A stretch of DNA of 25,928 nt from a virus (lineage: Duplodnaviria; Caudoviricetes). Below, piece by piece: positions 9,726 to 16,620 of the stretch. Each line of letters starts with the position of its first letter. Position 1 is the first letter of the stretch. The notes under the pieces were generated by a model that saw only the letters and a list, made by a program, of their open reading frames with translations, had not been told where the DNA came from and made no database searches. The position numbers and the translations under genes were made by a program. The stretch covers positions 1 through 25,928 of the IMG/VR virus record IMGVR_UViG_3300034965_000010; one strand, written 5' to 3'.

Positions 9726-10244
9726 TTAATATGCATACCATAACCATCTAAACTGAAGATTTAAAACGTTTGTATCTGCGGCCCTGGTAAACTTAAATAA
9801 ATATTTTTTATTAGCTTTGAATAATCTTTCGACTTTATCCTTCAGAATATTTGAGGCTTGTGGGAAATCGTTTTGCCTGATGTATGGCTTAAAATCTGAA
9901 ATTAATGTTCCTTCTCCACCATATACCCCCACTGGGTTTATAGTATAATGGCATATTGGTATATCAGGGAAATTTCTATTTAAATTTATTGTACTTGGTG
10001 GTGTTCCTGCTGTTAATGTTGTGATATTCTCCCATAATTCTAAAACTAAAGTATTATCAAAAGGCACTAATGTTAGGCCCTGCACTAAAAACTGGCACGC
10101 AACATCTGCTGGTATTTCAAGTAGCATATACTTAACTGTTTCACCTGAATTAAATGTAAAATTTGCTATTCCATTAAATAGACTTCCATCTATAATTTGC
10201 TGTACTGTATTATCTACTGACTTATAACTCGATATACTTGGCAT
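9726..10244 (-). CDS. Hypothetical protein, putative virion structural protein
   Basis: 172 aa, GGAGG SD, beta-rich, inside the head operon. Confidence 0.55.
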   Translation of the reverse strand: MPSISSYKSVDNTVQQIIDGSLFNGIANFTFNSGETVKYMLLEIPADVACQFLVQGLTLVPFDNTLVLELWENITTLTAGTPPSTINLNRNFPDIPICHYTINPVGVYGGEGTLISDFKPYIRQNDFPQASNILKDKVERLFKANKKYLFKFTRAADTNVLNLQFRWLWYAY

Positions 10245-10247
10245 TTC

Positions 10248-10601
10248 TTACACCTCCACTATAGAAACTAAGTTAGGTACGCCATAACTGATGCCATATA
10301 AAGGTGTTGGAACGTTTATATCAACATCAAAAGATCCTGTTGCGCCTGGTGCTATTAACATCCCTGCTGTTTTACTTACCGTATTTTTATTACTAATAAA
10401 TACTGCACTTAATCCATTATTTAATATTGAAACGTTTTTTCTACCAACTAAATCTGTACCTGTAGCATTTATTAATGTTGCTGTTAATAATATTTTTTTC
10501 GTTCCGAACTCTGAATTTGCTGTTATTGGTGCTACTATAACCGTTAAAGGTGTTGTTGTTAATGGCGTTAAATCTACAACTACACCTGGTATTAAGGCCA
10601 T
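10248..10601 (-). CDS. Small beta-rich putative decoration protein
   Basis: GGAGG SD; RKNVSILNNGLSAVFI...AGMLIAPG motif; abuts its neighbours. Confidence 0.55.
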   Translation of the reverse strand: MALIPGVVVDLTPLTTTPLTVIVAPITANSEFGTKKILLTATLINATGTDLVGRKNVSILNNGLSAVFISNKNTVSKTAGMLIAPGATGSFDVDINVPTPLYGISYGVPNLVSIVEV

Positions 10602-10871
10602 TTATAACACCTCCCATTCAAGGATCTGAACGCTTGCTGTTGCAACATCTGATAATAATGAAATAGATCCCATTGTATCAAGATCAAGCACGCTGTTAGC
10701 TAATAATTTAAAACCATTAGCCTCCGCTAAATCTGTTCTACCTTCTAAATCAACCCATAAATTGCCACTTAAAACATGCAATATAGCTTTATACCCTGTT
10801 ACATTATGAAATAATACAACTTGTGCAACCGTAAATGCTGGCGTAACTAATGTATGTTTATACTTAGCCAT
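10602..10871 (-). CDS. Small beta-rich putative decoration protein
   Basis: GGGGG SD; ANGFKLLAN resembles the AGMLIAPG segment of the next gene. Confidence 0.55.
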   Translation of the reverse strand: MAKYKHTLVTPAFTVAQVVLFHNVTGYKAILHVLSGNLWVDLEGRTDLAEANGFKLLANSVLDLDTMGSISLLSDVATASVQILEWEVL

Positions 10872-10874
10872 AAT

Positions 10875-11189
10875 TTAAACCCCCTTTTGGGTTTTATTTA
10901 AGTTTTTTTTAGGTTTTTTTAACTCTTTCATTCCTGCATTTTTAAACTGATCCTCTTTACCTTCCAGGATCTTATTTTTAAAGCCTGTATATTTTGGGAA
11001 ATCATTATCATTTATTTCAGTTTCAAGATCTTCAGGATCTTTTATTGGATCTTTTGGAACTAAAGAAGATGCGGCAGCTTTTTGATCTGCTGCATCTTTT
11101 TTAATAGGAATGTTTATATAGTTATCATCAAGATCTAATCTTTTAATAAGATTTATATTTGATGCTGACCATATAACACCTGTTTCCAA
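10875..11189 (-). CDS. Hypothetical capsid-associated protein, start uncertain
   Basis: The ORF fills the operon gap, but its TTG start has no SD and the frame stays open upstream into the end of 11225-11581. Confidence 0.5.
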   Translation of the reverse strand: METGVIWSASNINLIKRLDLDDNYINIPIKKDAADQKAAASSLVPKDPIKDPEDLETEINDNDFPKYTGFKNKILEGKEDQFKNAGMKELKKPKKNLNKTQKGV

Positions 11190-11224
11190 ATTTTTATATA
11201 GTTTTACTTCTAAATTATGATCTA

Positions 11225-11581
11225 TTATTTTAACGTACCCACTGCAAATATTGTCCCAACAAAACCTGCCTCAAAATCTAAATAAATCTTCCCAATATCT
11301 GCTCCTGAAGTTATTTCATATCTCATGCTTTCTAGTGCTACCATACTATAACCTACTGTTGCAACTAGATCGACTATTAAATCATCTGCTGCACCATAAA
11401 TTGATTTTACTGTTAGTTTGTGTTTTACTGCATTTGTTTGTTTTACAACTAATATTAAATTCTCGCTTACTCCTGCATCTACTATACAACCATCTGCCAC
11501 TACTGGAATTAAAGGTAATAAAATGCAATCTTTAAATGTATTTGCTACTAATTGATTAACTGGTAAAACTTGTCTTGCCAT
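11225..11581 (-). CDS. Putative capsid decoration protein, tandem duplicate copy 2
   Basis: 118 aa, collinear with 11594-11950 (ADGCIVDAG, GKIY-DFE-GFVGTI-AVGTLK). Confidence 0.65.
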   Translation of the reverse strand: MARQVLPVNQLVANTFKDCILLPLIPVVADGCIVDAGVSENLILVVKQTNAVKHKLTVKSIYGAADDLIVDLVATVGYSMVALESMRYEITSGADIGKIYLDFEAGFVGTIFAVGTLK

Positions 11582-11593
11582 AATAAAACCCCC

Positions 11594-11950
11594 TTATTTT
11601 AATGTACCTACTGCGCATATTGTCCCAACAAAACCAACCTCAAAATCAATGTAAATTTTTCCTTTATCTGTACCGCTCATTATTTCATAGTTTACTGTAT
11701 CAAATAATAATGATGCTGCACCTGTATTTGCTCCTACATCATATTTAAGGGCCTTTGTTAATCCATCCTGTGCTAATATATATATCTCGTGCGCTGCTGC
11801 ATCTGTTTGTGTTACTACTAACATTACATGTTCGCTTATTCCTGCATCTACTATACAACCATCTGCGGGAACTGGTACTAATGGTAATGCTTCAATATTT
11901 AAAAATGTATTAATAACTGATTGTGTAACTGGTAATACTTGTCTAGGCAT
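11594..11950 (-). CDS. Putative capsid decoration protein, tandem duplicate copy 1
   Basis: 118 aa, immediately after the major capsid gene; GGGGG SD. Confidence 0.65.
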   Translation of the reverse strand: MPRQVLPVTQSVINTFLNIEALPLVPVPADGCIVDAGISEHVMLVVTQTDAAAHEIYILAQDGLTKALKYDVGANTGAASLLFDTVNYEIMSGTDKGKIYIDFEVGFVGTICAVGTLK

Positions 11951-11974
11951 AATATACCCCCTTATAATATTTTA

Positions 11975-12001
11975 TAAAAGGATCTGTTTAAGATCCTTTT
12001 A
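11975..12001 (-). terminator. Probable intrinsic terminator/attenuator after the major capsid gene
   Basis: TAAAAGGATCT-GTTTA-AGATCCTTTTA, a perfect 11-bp stem immediately after the capsid stop codon. Confidence 0.65.
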
Positions 12002-12002
12002 A

Positions 12003-12938
12003 CTATAATGCTGGTCTATTTACAATTAAACATGCGAGTGCTGTTGGTCTTGTTACTTTAGCACCATATAAATGAAGGCCCTTCAATGCATCTGCGAATC
12101 TCTTTTCAGGACGATATGCTTCAGTATTATTAATCTGTTCTGCATATGACCATGCACCATTATAGCCTGCAATAACTTTAAATTCAGTTGTGATTGTTGC
12201 ATAAGGTACTTGATTAGATTTTAATACTGTAAAGCCTGCGGCCTCTCCCACCTGTCCATTAAGCAAAATTGCACCGACATTATTCTCAACAAAACGATCA
12301 TCTTTAAGTAATAGGCCATGAAACCATGAAGGAACTACAACAAATCGGCCTATTGTTGGAACGTTGTTTTCATCTAATAAGATGCCCAAATTAACTAAAC
12401 TTTCATATGCATCTGTAACCGCTGTGAAAACCGTTGGCGCACCGACTGCACCTATTAAGTTTGTAGCTGCTATTTCTGTGTAAAGGCCTGCTATATATGC
12501 ATCTGATACAACCGCTAAACCATAGCCCGCCTCTGCCATTGCTTGGCTCATTACTTTTGGGTTCTGTTGTGCTGTGTCAATATCATCTATTTGAAAATTG
12601 TAATATTTACTTTGAGATATTAATAACGTTCTTGATGTATCTGTTAATGTTTCAGGATCACCAATGTTAGTATTTTTTGCATACGTTGCCACTGTGACAG
12701 GCCCAATACCATTAATTTTGACAGTATCTCCAAATACTGATATTTCTCCCTCATAATCCCTATTTACTACGCCAGGCTGACCATAAATCAACGCCTGTTT
12801 AAGTGTAACTAATAGTTGTGCTGACCATACTGCGGGTATAAAATTATTAATTGTAAATCTATCTAAAGTAATGCTGTTAAAGTGATTGAAAAGGTTCTGT
12901 TTTGCGTTAAATTCCTGTATAAAATTTAATTTGATCAT
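12003..12938 (-). CDS. Major capsid protein (HK97 fold, P22 coat-like family) with an N-terminal extension
   Basis: NNFIPAVWSAQLL...VNRDYEGEI..GDTVKI...LLDENNVPTIGRF...RFADALKGLHLYGAKV; AGGAGG SD; follows the scaffold gene. Confidence 0.9.
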   Translation of the reverse strand: MIKLNFIQEFNAKQNLFNHFNSITLDRFTINNFIPAVWSAQLLVTLKQALIYGQPGVVNRDYEGEISVFGDTVKINGIGPVTVATYAKNTNIGDPETLTDTSRTLLISQSKYYNFQIDDIDTAQQNPKVMSQAMAEAGYGLAVVSDAYIAGLYTEIAATNLIGAVGAPTVFTAVTDAYESLVNLGILLDENNVPTIGRFVVVPSWFHGLLLKDDRFVENNVGAILLNGQVGEAAGFTVLKSNQVPYATITTEFKVIAGYNGAWSYAEQINNTEAYRPEKRFADALKGLHLYGAKVTRPTALACLIVNRPAL

Positions 12939-12959
12939 ATAAATTTCCTCCTAATATTT

Positions 12960-13691
12960 TTATTTTAATGGATGTGCTACCATAAATTCTTGAATGGCTG
13001 GCATCTTTTTCACGACTTCTTCAGGTGACATTTTGCGTATTAAATCATAACTAAGTGGCTCTTGCGATCCACCTTGAAAACTTGATCCTCCATTACCTGG
13101 TAGATCTGCTTTTGCATTTCCTAATAGTTCAGGAATATCCGTTACAATCTGCTTAATTTGATTATTTAACGTTATTGGATCTAATTTCCCATCTATTAAT
13201 TCAAGCTGATCAAGATCCATTAATTTCATTAAATAATTTACTCTTTCAGGTTTTACACCTGCCGCCCCTGCTGCTGTTTTAATTTCTGCATTTTTTAAAT
13301 ATGAATTGTTTTTATTTATTGCACTATCTCGTTCTGTAATTAGTTCTTGTTGTCTTTGAATAGCTTTCTCAAGATCTGTCTTACCTTCCTGATCCTTTAA
13401 AGCCTTATCATCTAACATTGCTTTTAGTGCTGTTTCATCTTTTAGGCCTAATCCTTGTAGTAGAGTTGACATTTGCTTTTTACCTTCCCTGGTAACTCTT
13501 GCCATGAATGATTTTTCATCAGGAAAACTAGCAAATGGATCTTTACCTTTTGGATCTGCTGGTGGATCTCCTGCTGCTGGATCTGCTGGTGGATCTATTG
13601 GTATTTGTTCTCCTGGTGTTTCTGCTGGTGGATCTCCCGCCCCAAATATATTAAGTCTAAAATTAAACATATTTTTTAATTTAACTAACAT
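12960..13691 (-). CDS. Capsid scaffolding protein
   Basis: Pro/Asp-rich disordered N-terminus, coiled coil (GKTDLEKA), PELL...G motif; directly upstream of the capsid gene. Confidence 0.8.
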   Translation of the reverse strand: MLVKLKNMFNFRLNIFGAGDPPAETPGEQIPIDPPADPAAGDPPADPKGKDPFASFPDEKSFMARVTREGKKQMSTLLQGLGLKDETALKAMLDDKALKDQEGKTDLEKAIQRQQELITERDSAINKNNSYLKNAEIKTAAGAAGVKPERVNYLMKLMDLDQLELIDGKLDPITLNNQIKQIVTDIPELLGNAKADLPGNGGSSFQGGSQEPLSYDLIRKMSPEEVVKKMPAIQEFMVAHPLK

Positions 13692-13765
13692 TCCAAAACC
13701 TCCGTTTTATTGGCTTACGTTGCCCCTATCTTTTGTATAGCGCCATAGTAGCGCATTGATTATAT

Positions 13766-14023
13766 TTAATTATTTTTATAATTAATAAGTTTTTCAACTA
13801 ATTGACTTTCATTCATAAAATCATTAAATCTTTTTTTAATATCATTTCTTTTTTTTCTAATTTCTTTAGTTCTAACTATTTGCAGCTTTTTAACTACATA
13901 TTTTTTTCTTTCTGTCTCCATATTTTCAGTTAATATTTTATTTTCTGCATATGATTTTTTATCCAAATTTTTTAAGATATTAACATGCTTTATTCGCTCA
14001 TTTTCACTATCAATATTTAGCAT
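13766..14023 (-). CDS. Hypothetical highly charged (K/N/E-rich) 85-aa protein
   Basis: GGGGG SD before the ATG; no recognisable motif. Confidence 0.55.
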   Translation of the reverse strand: MLNIDSENERIKHVNILKNLDKKSYAENKILTENMETERKKYVVKKLQIVRTKEIRKKRNDIKKRFNDFMNESQLVEKLINYKNN

Positions 14024-14061
14024 TTCATCCCCCTGGATCTGATCAAAATATAATGAAATAA

Positions 14062-14118
14062 TGTTTACATCTGTATACGAGTGTTTACAACGTGTTTACA
14101 CTATTTAAAATGTAAACA
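14062..14118. repeat. TGTTTACA repeats (3 direct, 1 inverted), putative operator
   Basis: TGTTTACA at 14062, 14082 and 14093; TGTAAACA at 14111; upstream of the 85-aa ORF. Confidence 0.6.
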
Positions 14119-14149
14119 AATAATTATTTTTACATGTTGTTTTTTTAAT

Positions 14150-14449
14150 TAGTTTCAACTAAATATAAATTAGTTGGATCTATTTAATTTGAGGCCATTT
14201 TTAAATTAGTTTCATCTATTTTTAAATTAGTTCAATCTAAATAATTTCAGGAACTTTTTAAATTAGTTGGATCTATTTATATAATTAGTTGAAACTAAAT
14301 ATTTCAGGCCTCAAATTAATTTAGTTTGATCTATTTTATTATTTAGTTGAAACTAAATTTTAAGATCCTTAATTTTAATTAGTTGGATCTATTTATATAA
14401 TTAGTTTCAACTAGATATTATTTTAATTATTATAAATTAGTTGAAACTA
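14150..14449. repeat. Phased palindrome array 1: 11 copies of TAGTTNNA(A/T)CTA
   Basis: Units start at 14150, 14171, 14207, 14228, 14264, 14286, 14322, 14344, 14380, 14402 and 14438 (spacings 21,36,21,36,22,36,22,36,22,36). Confidence 0.92.
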
Positions 14450-14504
14450 AATAACCCTGAAACCCTTTGATAGCCAGTGTTACAAAAGTGTTGTTTTTGT
14501 GTTT
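14437..14504. repeat. Conserved right end of array cassette 1 (direct repeat of 18377-18444)
   Basis: 63 of 68 positions are identical to 18377-18444, ungapped. Confidence 0.9.
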
Positions 14505-14710
14505 TACTTTTTTGTATCATCTTTTTGAATACTTAAATCTTTAATAGTTAACTTTAGATCTTTTGGGTATTTGAATGATATTGCTTGTAATCCTAAAACT
14601 GTAGTCTCAAGTATTGCAGATATTGCAGCGCATACAATAGGATCTTTTGCGTGATCTACTGCGTATATTTCCATCTCACCGTTGCGCATTGTTACCGTAA
14701 TATTAGTCAT
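14504..14710 (-). CDS. prp: Phage-encoded Prp-family cysteine protease (ribosomal-processing protease/DUF464-like), short form
   Basis: DHAKDPIVCAAISAILETTVLGL matches the Prp catalytic motif GHA...DIVCAAVSAL...GL; GGGG SD; lies in the head module. Confidence 0.75.
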   Translation of the reverse strand: MTNITVTMRNGEMEIYAVDHAKDPIVCAAISAILETTVLGLQAISFKYPKDLKLTIKDLSIQKDDTKK

Positions 14711-14722
14711 TCCTATACCCCT

Positions 14723-15034
14723 TTACATCTTAACGTTGTTAGCTTTAAAATCTCGCCTAACTTTGTACCATTCCTGAAGTTTTGCATTTGTAAATGTTAC
14801 CTCTTTATCTGTTATGGCCACCGCTTTCCTATTCTTCCATTTTTGGATCTGCCTATTAATATAATTCTGTTGTTGTTTCTTTTTATATAGATCCTTTTCT
14901 TTTTGTAGCTGCTCTTTGCTTGGTGCTTTCGGCTTTTTACTTATACCAGGTATAAATATACTTACGCTGTGTTTGCAGTTGGGATGGAACAGACCAGCGG
15001 CCCTGGCATCTGATAATGTTCCATACTTAGCCAT
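14723..15034 (-). CDS. Minor capsid/head morphogenesis protein (Phage_min_cap2-like), C-terminal half
   Basis: YGTLSDARAAGLFHPNCKHS...QNYINRQIQKWK is the C-terminal signature of this family (GLFHPNCRH...QRxxERxIRKWK). Confidence 0.8.
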   Translation of the reverse strand: MAKYGTLSDARAAGLFHPNCKHSVSIFIPGISKKPKAPSKEQLQKEKDLYKKKQQQNYINRQIQKWKNRKAVAITDKEVTFTNAKLQEWYKVRRDFKANNVKM

Positions 15035-15234
15035 TAAACCGCCATAATTCTAGTAAAGAGATCTTTAATAATTGGGCCTGCCTTTTGTTCTTGTAATTCT
15101 TTAGCAATTTTTGCTGATATATAAGTAATTTGTGCTGCTGTAAAGCCTGCTGCTACTGTTGCATCTGTAGAAACTGGAAATATAGTTGTTAATACTGTTT
15201 TTGCTGCTGCATTTACCACTGTAGTTTTTGCCAT
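15034..15234 (-). CDS. Hypothetical 66-aa Ala/Thr-rich protein inserted between the two minor capsid halves
   Basis: AGGAGG SD before the ATG at 15234 (MAKTTVVNAAAK...); its TAA overlaps the next ATG (TAATG). Confidence 0.65.
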   Translation of the reverse strand: MAKTTVVNAAAKTVLTTIFPVSTDATVAAGFTAAQITYISAKIAKELQEQKAGPIIKDLFTRIMAV

Positions 15235-15288
15235 TATAAAACGCCTCCTAATTATTTTAATATCTTTTAATTTGAATATACTGATTTT

Positions 15289-15403
15289 ATGATATATCAT
15301 CATATATCTTTGTATATCATTTTATCTATATATATCAATAAAACAATATACATCATAATACAATAATATACATCATTCAATATAATAAATGTTATATTGA
15401 ATG
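15289..15403. promoter_or_regulatory. TA(T/C)ATC(A/T) repeat cluster with palindromes, putative operator region
   Basis: Motif at 15293, 15303, 15313, 15331, 15349 and 15369; palindrome ATGATATATCAT at 15289-15300; inverted repeat CATTCAATATAA-N6-TTATATTGAATG at 15374-15403. Confidence 0.5.
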
Positions 15404-15515
15404 TTCCATAAAGTTTACACCATTTTTTAGGTAATTTTTTTTAGGTAAACTATTTTAAATATTCAATCTCTTTTTATAATTTTAGTATATATCCATTATT
15501 AACTAAATACAATAT

Positions 15516-16298
15516 TTATTCATTTGAAATAAGTATTTTACCCTCAAAAGGCAAACATAGATCACTTGCGCCTGGATGATATGAAACTATAACTAGATTA
15601 ATTCCTAGTTCATCCATTCTATCCTGTGTTCCTGCCAGGTTGGCTTGTACTAAATTAGATCTACACGCCATTTCACTATAGGCCTGTAAACTCCAATTCC
15701 TGCCGCCTTTATCAACAAAACCTGTAACACCTCTATTAGCGAACTTACTTAGACTACTTTGTACTGCATCCCTTAATGTTCCTGATCCTGTCATAGTTAG
15801 CATTACGCTGTCGGTTATAACATGCCTATATATATCATCTGCTGCCCTTATAATTTGTGGGTGGGTTCTTAATAATTGATCTGTTAATGCCTTTGCTAGT
15901 GCCTGGATCTTATATATATCTAGCTTTGCAAATGCAATGCTGACTTGAGGCTCTATGATGCCCACCTGATGCACAAAATATAATTGCCCATCTCTAGTGC
16001 GTGCTATACCTTGCTTTTTTAAATCTGCATCCACTGAATTTAAACCTTCTGTATATGCTTTGTTTATAATATCATAGCTTTCACCAGGTACTTTAAGATT
16101 TAAAATACTTAATTGTTCCAAAACATCATCCCGCATTTGCTGGATCTGTCTTAATTTTTTTCTTTCCCATAAAGGATCATCTAAACCTGATTTTAATCTA
16201 TTAGTTATTTTCATAAATATTTCATTTTCTGCCTTACTATAAAGATCGACTATTTGCTTTGCAAGTTCACTATTCATATTTTCATTTATTCCTGCCAT
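15516..16298 (-). CDS. Minor capsid/head morphogenesis protein (Phage_min_cap2-like), N-terminal half
   Basis: IVDLYSKAENEI...GVTGFVDKGGRNWSLQAYSEMACRS...VSYHPGASDLCLPFEGKI; the ORF stops before the HPNC motif. Confidence 0.85.
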   Translation of the reverse strand: MAGINENMNSELAKQIVDLYSKAENEIFMKITNRLKSGLDDPLWERKKLRQIQQMRDDVLEQLSILNLKVPGESYDIINKAYTEGLNSVDADLKKQGIARTRDGQLYFVHQVGIIEPQVSIAFAKLDIYKIQALAKALTDQLLRTHPQIIRAADDIYRHVITDSVMLTMTGSGTLRDAVQSSLSKFANRGVTGFVDKGGRNWSLQAYSEMACRSNLVQANLAGTQDRMDELGINLVIVSYHPGASDLCLPFEGKILISNE

Positions 16299-16543
16299 TA
16301 CAAATCACTTACAATCATATTACTAATATTTACTTGATTTTTTATATCATCTTTTTGATTTACAACATGTATTTCAAAACCATGCAATACATCTGATATT
16401 GTAATAGATCTATGGAATATATTTTGCACATCTTTTAATATTAAGTCTCTAATATATGCGCTTGAACTTAAATTAAATATTTTTACTAAACATTCTAATG
16501 CAAGTGCGCCCTCCAAATCTCTAAAGATGATCTTTTGTTTCAT
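16298..16543 (-). CDS. Candidate ribbon-helix-helix (CopG/Arc-like) DNA-binding protein
   Basis: KIIFR (strand), EGALALECLVKIF (helix A), NLSSSAYIRDLIL (helix B); GGAGG/GGGG SD; stop overlaps the next ATG. Confidence 0.5.
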   Translation of the reverse strand: MKQKIIFRDLEGALALECLVKIFNLSSSAYIRDLILKDVQNIFHRSITISDVLHGFEIHVVNQKDDIKNQVNISNMIVSDL

Positions 16544-16585
16544 CCCCTTGCCTCCTATCCTAGTATATTATAAATATATATTTTC

Positions 16586-16610
16586 AGTTGTCCTGAATTT
16601 CCGAACAACT
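16586..16610. promoter_or_regulatory. Imperfect inverted repeat upstream of the RHH-like gene, near a minus-strand TATAAT
   Basis: AGTTGTCCTGAA-T-TTCCGAACAACT (10 of 12 arm positions complementary); TATAAT on the minus strand at 16567-16572. Confidence 0.45.
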
Positions 16611-16620
16611 CAATTAATAT

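Noticed and set aside
11225-11950. Tandem duplicated genes as a DGR template/variable repeat pair
   Set aside because: Both copies are full ORFs with SDs, the differences are spread across the genes rather than adenine-specific, and no reverse transcriptase is visible.
15235-15303. Longer 89-aa start in the ORF track (likewise the extended starts at 5503, 5981, 6582 and 18138)
   Set aside because: Downstream ATGs have clear SD sequences or stop-start coupling, and the extensions overlap other genes or repeats.
15035-15515. Self-splicing intron or intein interrupting the minor capsid gene
   Set aside because: No recognisable group I or II core or maturase/endonuclease ORF. The insert is very AT-rich, and the downstream half has its own coupled ATG.
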